DNA of 64,000 nt, taken from the NCBI GenBank assembly GCA_963769425.1, contig CAVYLP010000006.1:736001-800000 (forward strand), in the 5' to 3' direction. A program made the translations under genes and the position numbers. The stretch comes from Candidatus Bathyarchaeota archaeon. Its GTDB lineage: Archaea > Thermoproteota > Bathyarchaeia > TCS64. Numbering within the stretch: position 1 is the stretch's first letter; every line of letters begins with the position of its first letter. Under the pieces are notes generated by a model. The model saw nothing but the letters and a program-made list of their open reading frames with translations, did no database searches and was not told where the DNA came from. Positions 9,889-18,638 of the stretch are shown piece after piece.

Positions 9889-10571
9889 TCAGCATCAAGG
9901 ATCTCCGGAAAGCCTTCGGGGGGAGAGAGGTCCTCAGGGACCTATGCCTAGATGTGGAACGTGGAGAGGTCCTCGGACTCGTCGGCCCGAGTGGTGTGGG
10001 GAAGTCGACGACGCTAAACATCGTCGCTGGGCTTCTCGAACCCGATTCCGGTGAGATAAGTGTCGATGGCGTCGTGGTGACTCGGAGGGGAGACGGCTTG
10101 AAGGGCGTCACGGTCCCACCCGCCATGAGGGGGCTCGGCTACGTCATGCAGGACGCCGCCCTCTTCCCCAACATGAACGTCCACGACAACGTAGCCTTCG
10201 GCCCCCAATCCCAGGAACTCCCCGAGGAGGAGGTAGAGGCCAGGGTCGGCGTACTGCTGCGGATGGTCGGCATCGAGGAGGCCGCCGACTCCTACCCCGA
10301 CCAGCTGAGCGGTGGGCAGCAGAAACGCGTGGCACTGGCCCGGACCCTCGCGGTGAGGCCGAAGATACTGTTGATGGATGAGCCCCTCACATCCCTCAAC
10401 CCCGAACTCAAGAAGCAGCTCATGAGCGATCTGAATGCCATCTTCGAGAAACTCGACGCGACCGTAATCTACGTCACCCACGACCCAGAGGAGGCCGAGG
10501 TAATGGTTGACAGGGTCGTGAGGCTTGAGGGTGGTAGGGCGTTGGGGATGGGTGACCACGGCTCCGCCTAG
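9885..10571 (+). CDS. modC: Molybdate ABC transporter ATP-binding protein
   Basis: GPSGVGKS, LSGGQ, LLMDE and VTHD; operonic with modAB. Confidence 0.88.
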   Translation: MISIKDLRKAFGGREVLRDLCLDVERGEVLGLVGPSGVGKSTTLNIVAGLLEPDSGEISVDGVVVTRRGDGLKGVTVPPAMRGLGYVMQDAALFPNMNVHDNVAFGPQSQELPEEEVEARVGVLLRMVGIEEAADSYPDQLSGGQQKRVALARTLAVRPKILLMDEPLTSLNPELKKQLMSDLNAIFEKLDATVIYVTHDPEEAEVMVDRVVRLEGGRALGMGDHGSA

Positions 10572-11539
10572 GCGTCGCAGAGGATCTCCCTTAGCATCGA
10601 GGCCGTGATGTTCCCCCCGCTGAGGACGAGTCCTACCCTCTTCCCCGCGAGCTGATCCCTCATCTTCACGGCGGCGGCCAATGGCGCAGCTCCAGCTCCC
10701 TCCGCGATGGTGTGCGCCTTCTCAACGTAGAGACGGATAGCAGAGCGTAGCTCCTCCTCAGAGACGAGCGTGAACTCATCGACGAGCCGGTGGACTATCT
10801 TCACAGGGAGCTCGAAGCTCTGCCTCACGGCGAGGCCGTCCGCCATCGTATTCGCGGAATCACTGCACTCAACGACGCCGCTCCTCCAGCTCTTTGAGAG
10901 GCTGGGCGCGGCCTCGGTCTGCACGGCGACGACACGCGTCCCGGGGCTGACCGCCTTGTAGACGGTGGCGACGCCGCTGCTCAGCGTCCCCGCGCCCGCT
11001 GCGACGATGACCACGTCGAGGCCGGGCTGGTCCTCCACCATCTCTAGGGCGAGTGTGCCTACGCCGGCGATGAGGTCGGGCTCGTTGGCGGTGTGGATGT
11101 AGCGGAGCCCACGCTCCTTCGCGAGCTCGACGGCGAGAAGCCTCGCGTCGTCGAAGTCGCCCTGCCCCTCAACGATGTCTGCGCCAAGGGCACGCATCGC
11201 CGCCACCTTATCCGGGTTCGCGCCCCTCTGGACGCAGACCGTGGCCTTCGCCCCGAAGAGGCGCGACGCGTAGGCGATGCTCTGCCCGTGGTTCCCCGTC
11301 GACGCCGTGATCACGCCCATGGCGCGCTCCCTCTCACTCATCCGAGAGAGCAGGTTGATGCCGCCACGGACCTTGAAGGCGCCGATAGGCTGGTGGTTCT
11401 CATGCTTCACCCAGACCTCGCACCCAAGCAGGCTCGACAACCCATGGTAGTAGGTCAGCGGCGTCTTGAGCAGGTAGGGCCTGATGCGTCCACGCGCCGC
11501 GACGACGTCGAGAAGTGTAGGTGGCATAAGCTCAGCCAA
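10568..11539 (-). CDS. PLP-dependent threonine/serine dehydratase (catabolic type, no ACT domain)
   Basis: GAFKVRGG, STGNHGQ, EGAGAA and LSGGN. Confidence 0.88.
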   Translation of the reverse strand: MAELMPPTLLDVVAARGRIRPYLLKTPLTYYHGLSSLLGCEVWVKHENHQPIGAFKVRGGINLLSRMSERERAMGVITASTGNHGQSIAYASRLFGAKATVCVQRGANPDKVAAMRALGADIVEGQGDFDDARLLAVELAKERGLRYIHTANEPDLIAGVGTLALEMVEDQPGLDVVIVAAGAGTLSSGVATVYKAVSPGTRVVAVQTEAAPSLSKSWRSGVVECSDSANTMADGLAVRQSFELPVKIVHRLVDEFTLVSEEELRSAIRLYVEKAHTIAEGAGAAPLAAAVKMRDQLAGKRVGLVLSGGNITASMLREILCDA

Positions 11540-11629
11540 GCGGCGAAGCCCCCCGTGGACCCGAAGCGGGTCTGTTTCCTGAAGTCAGGTTCGATCCTGA
11601 GAAAGTTCCTTGTTGGAGATGCTCAACTA

Positions 11630-11688
11630 ATAAAGCAATACCCCATGATTCACCCCTCCGAGAGGGACACGATAAAGCGATACCCCAT
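11630..11688. repeat. 17-bp direct repeat ATAAAGC(A/G)ATACCCCAT x2, 42-bp period
   Basis: Copies at 11630-11646 and 11672-11688 with one mismatch. Confidence 0.7.
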
Positions 11689-11923
11689 CACGTTCAACTC
11701 CACGTGCGTGAGCCATGAGGAAGCTCCCTTAGTCTTTAAGCTTTTAGCACGAGGCTAAGGTGTGGGCGTATTCAAAAAATGTATAAAAAATTTTAATTAA
11801 TTCTAATTTAATTAATAAGTAATATTTTATAATTTAGAAAATTAACCACGAAAAAATGATAACAACCCCTAAATACGATAGTGGTGTCCCCCACCTTCTA
11901 GGAAAAAGGAGGTGAAGCGCGGG

Positions 11924-14485
11924 GTGAACGAACCAGATACCAACGAGGACAGAACTTGGGCCCTAAACGAGGCAGAGATCCTATCCGAGCTAAAGACAAC
12001 AAACACAGGGCTAACTGAAGAAGAAGCACGTAGTCGACTCGAGACGCACGGATACAACGAATTACCACGAGAGAAACTCAGTCGCATACACATACTCATC
12101 AGGCAGTTCATGAACCCCATCTACCTCATCCTTCTCGCCTCCTCCATCATCGCCTTCTTCTTCGGGGAATTCGAGCAGTCAATAGCCATCGTCTCGATGA
12201 TCATCCTCAGCGCAGTCCTCGGGTTCTACAACGAGTACAAGGCTGAAAAGATCGTAGCCGCCCTGACGGAGCGGGTCTCACTTAAAGCCCTCGTCACGAG
12301 AGGTGGAAAGACCTACGACCTCAGCGCCAGGGAACTAGTACCAGGCGACGTAGTCAGCGTCTACATAGGAGACGTCGTCCCCGCCGACATGCGACTCATC
12401 GAGGTGAAGGACCTACAGGTAGACGAGGCCACTCTCACCGGGGAGTCATTCCCTGTCGAAAAGACCTCAACCTCGCTGAAGCTAGATCACCCCACCCCCC
12501 AGCAGATCACTAACCACCTCTTCATGGGGACCGTCGTAAACCACGGAGGCGGAAAGGGGGTCGTCACCAAGACCGGGAAGCACACCCAGTTCGGAGCCAT
12601 CTCATGGAGCCTCACGAGGCCCCATCCACCGACCGACTTCCAGAAGGGCCTCACGAACTACGGCAACATGATACTCACATTCACAATAGCACTCGCCGTC
12701 GGTATATTCGCCCTCAACATGCTCGTCGGTAAACCCCTCATCGATGCCCTACTCTTCAGTCTAGCCATCGCCATCGGCCTCGTACCCGAGTTGATGCCCG
12801 CAATAGTCACCATCTGCCTCAGTCAAGGAGCAGCGAGAATGGCCGAGAAGCAGGTCATAGTCAAGCGCCTTGTCTCAATCGAGGACTTCGGCACGATGGA
12901 TGTCCTCTGCACCGACAAGACAGGAACGCTCACCGAGGGCAAGATAATCCTAAGGGAGTACCCCTCACTCAAGGATGTCGAGGACGACCGGATACTGACC
13001 TACGGGATGCTCTGCAACTCTGCTATCCTCAATGACAAGATAATTGGTAACCCGATGGACGTCGCTATCTGGGACTACGCCCTAAAGACAGGTAAAAACG
13101 AGCTGGTGAAACCCTACAAGAGGATAGACGACGTACCATTCGACTACAAGCGCAGGCTTATGTCCGTCATCGTGGAGAACGGTGGCAGGACCCTGCTGAT
13201 TACGAAGGGCGCCCCCGAGTCTTTTGCGGACAAGTGCACAGTAGCCGAAATGAACGGGGATAAGCTCCCATTTGAGAAGGTCAGGGATGAGATCAGTGGA
13301 AAGCTCACCCGATACTCGGGGGCGGGTTACCGCGTCCTCGCAATAGCCTACAGGGAGATAGACAAGAGGCAGAACTACACATCCGCAGACGAGGCCGGTC
13401 TCACACTACTCGGCTTCCTCGTCTTCACCGACCCCCCTAAGGAGGACGCCAACAAGGCCCTAGCCCGTCTCAAGGAGATGGGAGTCGACGTCAAGATTCT
13501 CACAGGGGACAACGAGCTAGTCGCCAAGAAGATCTGTGAAGACATTGAGATCCAATGCAAGAGGATCGTGACCGGCTCCGAGCTCATGGCAATGACGCCC
13601 AAGGAGCTCAGCATAGCCGTCAACGAGACAACAGTCTTCGCCAGGGTCACCCCCGACCAGAAGCTCTCGGTCATCAAGGCCCTCAAGGCCAACGGCAAGG
13701 TCGTCGGCTACCTCGGAGACGGCGTGAACGACGCCCCTAGCCTCTACGAGGCAGACGTCGGCATAAGCGTCGAATCCGGCGTCGATGTCGCAAAGGAGGC
13801 TGCCGATATTGTCCTCCTCGACAAGGACCTAATGGTCCTCGCCAACGGCATCATCGAGGGCAGGAAGATCTTCGACAACACCCTCAAGTACATACTCATG
13901 GGGACGAGCAGCAACTTCGGGAACATGTTCAGCGCTGCAGCGGCCAGTGTCTTCCTCCCCTTCCTCCCAATGCTCCCCATGCAGATACTCTTCATGAACC
14001 TCCTCTACGACACCGCGAACATGACCCTCCCGAGCGACAACGTGGACGACGAGTACGTCATGAAGCCAAAGAAGTGGGACATGGGCTTTGTAAGGAAGTA
14101 TACGCTCTTCTTCGGCCCCTTCAGCAGCCTCTACGACTTCCTCACATACGGGATAATGCTCTTCATCTTCGCCGCTTCCCCATCCCTCTTCCAAAGCGGG
14201 TGGTTCGTCGAGTCCTTTGCAACCGAGATTCTAGTCATCTTCGTGATTAGGACCCGGAAGACGCCATTCTACAAGAGCAAGCCAGGCAAGTGGCTCACAG
14301 TTCTTACACTCAGCTGCCTCGCCATAGGTATAGCTGTCCCATTCACGCCACTGGGGGATTTCCTGGGCTTCACGCCTCTGCCGTTGAACTACTGGCTACT
14401 GTTGGTCCTTATGGTCGCGACCTACCTTCTCCTCGTTGACGCGGGGAAGGTCTTCTTCTACAAAGTCTGCGGATACACCTGGTGA
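11924..14485 (+). CDS. mgtA: Magnesium-translocating P-type ATPase (P3B)
   Basis: LTGES, PELMP, DKTGTLT, GDGVND, SSNFGNMFS and FQSGWFVES; GTG 11924 follows GGAGGTGA. Confidence 0.9.
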   Translation: MNEPDTNEDRTWALNEAEILSELKTTNTGLTEEEARSRLETHGYNELPREKLSRIHILIRQFMNPIYLILLASSIIAFFFGEFEQSIAIVSMIILSAVLGFYNEYKAEKIVAALTERVSLKALVTRGGKTYDLSARELVPGDVVSVYIGDVVPADMRLIEVKDLQVDEATLTGESFPVEKTSTSLKLDHPTPQQITNHLFMGTVVNHGGGKGVVTKTGKHTQFGAISWSLTRPHPPTDFQKGLTNYGNMILTFTIALAVGIFALNMLVGKPLIDALLFSLAIAIGLVPELMPAIVTICLSQGAARMAEKQVIVKRLVSIEDFGTMDVLCTDKTGTLTEGKIILREYPSLKDVEDDRILTYGMLCNSAILNDKIIGNPMDVAIWDYALKTGKNELVKPYKRIDDVPFDYKRRLMSVIVENGGRTLLITKGAPESFADKCTVAEMNGDKLPFEKVRDEISGKLTRYSGAGYRVLAIAYREIDKRQNYTSADEAGLTLLGFLVFTDPPKEDANKALARLKEMGVDVKILTGDNELVAKKICEDIEIQCKRIVTGSELMAMTPKELSIAVNETTVFARVTPDQKLSVIKALKANGKVVGYLGDGVNDAPSLYEADVGISVESGVDVAKEAADIVLLDKDLMVLANGIIEGRKIFDNTLKYILMGTSSNFGNMFSAAAASVFLPFLPMLPMQILFMNLLYDTANMTLPSDNVDDEYVMKPKKWDMGFVRKYTLFFGPFSSLYDFLTYGIMLFIFAASPSLFQSGWFVESFATEILVIFVIRTRKTPFYKSKPGKWLTVLTLSCLAIGIAVPFTPLGDFLGFTPLPLNYWLLLVLMVATYLLLVDAGKVFFYKVCGYTW

Positions 14486-14775
14486 TCATGATGCTACCAT
14501 ACCAAGAACTGTTCTCGTGGTGGGCCGCGACCATAACCGCCGGCATCATGTTCCTAGTTGTCGTCAGCTCTGCGATATATTACTGGAGGAAGAGACCAAA
14601 ATCCTCGAAGAGTAGCGCTCCAATGGTTGTAAGGGAGTTCGCCTTCGTTTGGGCACTAATGGCCCTCCTCATACTCTACCTCATTTCAATAAACCTCGGT
14701 TCATACATCCTCTTTGCCATAGGAAACGTGGTCGTAGAAGTAATGCTCCTGATCTACGTCTACATCAAGAAGTAG
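14482..14775 (+). CDS. Small 3-TM membrane protein, unknown function
   Basis: Three hydrophobic segments; coupled to the mgtA stop. Confidence 0.65.
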   Translation: MIMMLPYQELFSWWAATITAGIMFLVVVSSAIYYWRKRPKSSKSSAPMVVREFAFVWALMALLILYLISINLGSYILFAIGNVVVEVMLLIYVYIKK

Positions 14776-14848
14776 ATTCATCCTTGAATCTGTTCCAGCG
14801 CTGCTTTCTTTGCAAATCATTAAATTAAGGGGCGTTAAGTCACAGCCA

Positions 14849-15637
14849 ATGGATCAGAAACAGCAGAGCGAATGGCTCATGAGGACACTAAGCCTCCAAA
14901 CCCCTCCGGTAGCGGTGAAGTACCTCAAGGAGTGGAGTGAAGAGGAGGAGTGGGCGCTCGCTGACAAGGGCTACTACCGCCCAAAGGCACCTCTAAACGT
15001 CTGCCAGTTCGTCGGACAAGCCCGCCACCACCTAAGGAAAGTTGTCGCTACAGCTGAAGATCAGGTCTGCAACATAGGTGCACTAGTCACAGGGGCGTGC
15101 CCATACGACGAATCCATGAAACATGGAGAGATAGCAAAGAAGGACGGCGTAAGAAAGACCCCCCAGTGCTGCGAGGAAATGTTCCAGACACTCCCCCGGG
15201 CACCCTTCGGAGAGATCAAAGCCATCGCCTTCTCCCCCCTCGAGAAGATGGAGATGAACCCCGACCAAGTCATAGTCTACGGCAACCCACTCCAGATTCT
15301 AAAGCTCGTGCAAGGCTATGTCTACGCGGAAGAACCACGCTTCACAATCACCACCTGCGCTAAATACGGCGTATGCGTCGAGGGAATGGCACAAGCGTAT
15401 GTAACAGGGAAGCCAGCAGTCGCCTTCCCTTGTAGAGGTGAGCGCGTCTCAAGTATAGTGCAGGATCAGGAACTATCGATAACCGTACCTTACTCCCTGT
15501 TAGATGAAGTCATCGAGGGCTTCGAGAAAACTAAGCACCTTCTACCCACCCCCATCCCCTTCGGGGGCGTCGACCAGGAACCGAATTTCCTGCCCGACTA
15601 CTACCTCACAGAATCGGCAAAAAAGCGACGAGCATAA
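14849..15637 (+). CDS. DUF169-like cysteine-containing protein
   Basis: PVAVKY, CQFV, PDQVIVYGNPLQ and PCRGER pattern; also a QCC pair. Confidence 0.75.
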   Translation: MDQKQQSEWLMRTLSLQTPPVAVKYLKEWSEEEEWALADKGYYRPKAPLNVCQFVGQARHHLRKVVATAEDQVCNIGALVTGACPYDESMKHGEIAKKDGVRKTPQCCEEMFQTLPRAPFGEIKAIAFSPLEKMEMNPDQVIVYGNPLQILKLVQGYVYAEEPRFTITTCAKYGVCVEGMAQAYVTGKPAVAFPCRGERVSSIVQDQELSITVPYSLLDEVIEGFEKTKHLLPTPIPFGGVDQEPNFLPDYYLTESAKKRRA

Positions 15638-15700
15638 GACGAAACGACTCTTTTTGATTAAAAATTTTCAAGAAGATAAGATATAGTTGGATGAGCTTCT

Positions 15701-15722
15701 ACCAAAAAAAAAGAAAAAAAGA
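15701..15722 (-). terminator. Long oligo-T tract (archaeal intrinsic terminator) just downstream of the small Cys peptide
   Basis: A-runs on the + strand at 15704-15720. Confidence 0.55.
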
Positions 15723-15734
15723 GATTCTAAGAGA

Positions 15735-15830
15735 TCAGCAGCAGTTACCGTTTCCAGCCGCTGGCTCGTTCTTCTTGCCGTCCTTCGAAGTTCCCTTCCC
15801 GGAGCAGCTGCAACCCTTTTTATCACTCAT
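15735..15830 (-). CDS. 31-aa cysteine-motif peptide MSDKKGCSCSGKGTSKDGKKNEPAAGNGNCC
   Basis: Manual translation from ATG 15830 to TGA 15735; GC-richer than its AT-rich flanks; AT-rich promoter-like region upstream and T-tract downstream. Confidence 0.7.
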   Translation of the reverse strand: MSDKKGCSCSGKGTSKDGKKNEPAAGNGNCC

Positions 15831-15964
15831 TAAGGATCCGCATATAATTAATAAATTGAGGAAATATAACCATGATTATTAAAATATTTAAGATATTCTT
15901 CTTATTTCATTAAATTATTAATTGAAAGCACTTGCAAGACTTGAGCTATCCTTAAGAATTAAGG

Positions 15965-16399
15965 TCAAGTCCTCTGGAGCTGGTTGGATAGTGAGATAAC
16001 GCTCCTCGTTTTCGAAACCCCGGCGATCACGGTCATATCCGAAAGGAGCTTCAGTAATGCGGTCGTGTCCCTACATACGACCTTGAGGAGCATGTCCTCA
16101 TCCCCATCCGTGTAGTGGGCTTCAACGACTTCCGGCATCTCGGCAATTTTATTCACGACGTCTTCCCTGCAGCATTGCGGGTGCGCCAGCGTGACACCAA
16201 TGAATGCTGTCGTATTGAGTCCGAGTCGAGAGTTATCGAGGATCGGTACGTAACCCTTTATTATCCCATCCTGCTCCATGCCTAAAACCCTGTCTCGGAT
16301 AGTTGGGATTGAGAGTCCAATCTCCCTAGATATGTCGGAGAAAGAGATCCTAGCGTTTGCCTTCAGCATGTCAATAATCTTCAGATCAGTCTCGTCCAG
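15965..16399 (-). CDS. Lrp/AsnC family transcriptional regulator with a CC motif
   Basis: LDETDLKIIDMLKANARISFSDISREIGLS HTH; the frame extends 10 codons above ATG 16369 to a CTG at 16399 preceded by GGAGGGTG. Confidence 0.88.
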   Translation of the reverse strand: MDETDLKIIDMLKANARISFSDISREIGLSIPTIRDRVLGMEQDGIIKGYVPILDNSRLGLNTTAFIGVTLAHPQCCREDVVNKIAEMPEVVEAHYTDGDEDMLLKVVCRDTTALLKLLSDMTVIAGVSKTRSVISLSNQLQRT

Positions 16400-16572
16400 G
16401 TCTCAACACCCTCCATTTGGGAATTGTGCTAGTCACTTAAAAATTTTAGTACTTTATCATTATTACCTAATATTTTTAGGAAAATTCACCATTCTCTGCC
16501 CCTACACCTAAACATCTTATGTAGAACTCATATATATTGGAAACCAACATATCATGTTGTCGGGAAATAGAA

Positions 16573-17688
16573 ATGGAAATCGCTCTAATGAACACGTTGA
16601 CGTTTTTCATCAACGTTTTAATCGAGATAATCCCCCTCTTCCTAGCCGTCACATTTCTAGCGGGTCTAGCCCTCGAGTACATTAAACCCTCCCTCATAAG
16701 GGAGAAACTCGGCGGAAAGAAGGGCGTCACAGGTATACTCGCAGCAACCGCGCTCGGCTTCGTAACTCCGTTCTGCAGCTGCTCAACTATACCCCTCCTC
16801 GCCGGAATGTTAGCCGCTGGGATACCCATCAGTGTCCTCACGGCTTTCCTCTTCGCCTCCCCCTACCCTGTCGAGGTAGGGATGTTAGTCCTCGGGCCAA
16901 TGTTCGGCTGGTACTTTGCCGTGGCATTCGTTGCCACAGGGGCGATCATCGCCATACTAAGCGGCCTCCTCTTGCAGAGGCTGAACTGGCAGCATCAAAT
17001 CAAGGACGATTTCATAAATGGTCTGAAGCCCGAAGCTAAGGACGATATCAAAGAGTCTGGGGATAAATCAGCATGTGCTTGCGGAGCGGATAAAGTAGAG
17101 GAGCCAGAGAATACTGGTTGCAGTTGTGGAGCCGAAAAAGAGGGCCCTGTTGGGAGTAAAACTTCATGCGACTGCAAAGCGCAACAACCTGTACAGGAGA
17201 AACCTAGTTGCGGCTGCGGAAAGGACCCACAGTCCACACCCAGTAAAACCGCCGCTGTCGCCAAGGACGGGTTCCCCCAAAAGGCGAAGCGGGCAGCTAT
17301 CTACTCACTCACGTTCTTCAAACGGATGATCCCCTTCATACTATTCGGCTGCAGCATAGGCGCCATCATCTACGGCTTCGTTCCACAGGACATCCTAGCA
17401 ACATACATGGGTGGGGCAAGCATATTCGCGGTCCCAATCGCCGCCTTGATAGGAGTCCCCCTCTACGTCAGCATCATCCCAATAATCCCCATCGTGCTTA
17501 GCCTGAGCGCGAAGGGCGTGAGCAACGGCGCAGTCATAGCATTCTTGATCACTGCCACCTCGATTAGCCCACCAGAGCTCATCATGCTCTCGGGGATGTT
17601 CAAGAGACGATACCTCCTCCTCTTCATCTCGATGATGATCATCGGTGCCATAGTCACCGGCTACGTCTTCAACGCGATAACCTTCTAG
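16573..17688 (+). CDS. Permease of the ArsP/DUF318 family with a Cys-rich central loop
   Basis: TPFCSCSTIP, FLFASP, GVPLY and SPPE motifs; loop carries CAC, CSC, CDC and CGC. Confidence 0.85.
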   Translation: MEIALMNTLTFFINVLIEIIPLFLAVTFLAGLALEYIKPSLIREKLGGKKGVTGILAATALGFVTPFCSCSTIPLLAGMLAAGIPISVLTAFLFASPYPVEVGMLVLGPMFGWYFAVAFVATGAIIAILSGLLLQRLNWQHQIKDDFINGLKPEAKDDIKESGDKSACACGADKVEEPENTGCSCGAEKEGPVGSKTSCDCKAQQPVQEKPSCGCGKDPQSTPSKTAAVAKDGFPQKAKRAAIYSLTFFKRMIPFILFGCSIGAIIYGFVPQDILATYMGGASIFAVPIAALIGVPLYVSIIPIIPIVLSLSAKGVSNGAVIAFLITATSISPPELIMLSGMFKRRYLLLFISMMIIGAIVTGYVFNAITF

Positions 17689-17726
17689 GCGCCAGGAGGC
17701 ACAGTCTTATCACCCCCACAGTAGAG

Positions 17727-18083
17727 TTGATTGGGGGCGACTGTAACCTGTCGGGCTACTGGGACAGATCCTTCATCGTGGGCTCGGCCAAGCTGCTGAT
17801 CTTATCCGTCCTGAGTAGGGGTCCGCTACACGGATACGGGGTCATAAAGGAGATCCGTGACCGCTCCGAGGGTTGCTGCACCATCACATCTGGGACGATC
17901 TACCCCGTCCTCCGTGAGTTAGAGAAGGAGGGACTCATAACAAGCACAGAAGGCGTGGTCTCAGGCAGATCCCGTGTCGTATACGAGTTGACCGAAGCTG
18001 GTCGAAGAGTGCTAGACGAGGGACTATCCAAGTGGGAGACGCATCAGCAGGGCGCTAGGAAGATACTTGGAAAGACATCATAG
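17727..18083 (+). CDS. PadR family transcriptional regulator
   Basis: HGYGVIKEI, GTIYPVLRELEKEGLI and YELTEAGR; contains GCC. Confidence 0.9.
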   Translation: MIGGDCNLSGYWDRSFIVGSAKLLILSVLSRGPLHGYGVIKEIRDRSEGCCTITSGTIYPVLRELEKEGLITSTEGVVSGRSRVVYELTEAGRRVLDEGLSKWETHQQGARKILGKTS

Positions 18084-18170
18084 CTCATTGAACATTAAAT
18101 GAGAAGAAATTTGGGATGATGGTAGTTTCCATCGATAGCCTATACTTTGTTAAAAAGGAGATATTAGGGC

Positions 18171-18542
18171 CTACATCTTCGCCCCGGGCGCCGCCTGGTG
18201 GATGCCGAAGACGTTGCCCTCAGTGTCCACACAATAGGCCACCCAGCCCATGTTGGGTATCTCCATCTTCGGCCTCATCAGCATTCCCCCCGCCTTCTCG
18301 ACGGCCTTCACCGCCTTGTCGATGTCTTCGACCGAGATGGTGTTCCAGACGCTGTTGGGACCCATCCTCTTCATGATGGCGCCGTTGATGCCGGGCGTCT
18401 TGTCGTCACCAGTGGTAGCAAGGTAGTACTCCATGGCTGGGGAACCAAACTGCTCCATCTTCCAGCCAAAGACCTTCTTGTAGAACTCGTTCGCCCTCTT
18501 CACGTCGTCCGCGTGGATCTCAAACCAGTTTACTCTTCCCAT
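18171..18542 (-). CDS. VOC/glyoxalase family protein
   Basis: VNWFEI, FYKKVFGW and DTEGNVFGI; ATG 18542. Confidence 0.88.
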   Translation of the reverse strand: MGRVNWFEIHADDVKRANEFYKKVFGWKMEQFGSPAMEYYLATTGDDKTPGINGAIMKRMGPNSVWNTISVEDIDKAVKAVEKAGGMLMRPKMEIPNMGWVAYCVDTEGNVFGIHQAAPGAKM

Positions 18543-18638
18543 GTTGATCCCATTTTCTCGACCGGAACCGCGGTTAATATACCCGAAATCCACCCGATTT
18601 CGTCAAGCTATAACTAGAGGGCTTCCCCGCTGGAGCCC

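Noticed and set aside
11585-11600. tRNA T-arm-like TCAGGTTCGATCCTGA
   Set aside because: The loop is 6 nt and no acceptor, D or anticodon arms can be built.
15735-15737. TGA after CC read as selenocysteine
   Set aside because: Readthrough runs into the T-tract and no SECIS-like element was recognised.
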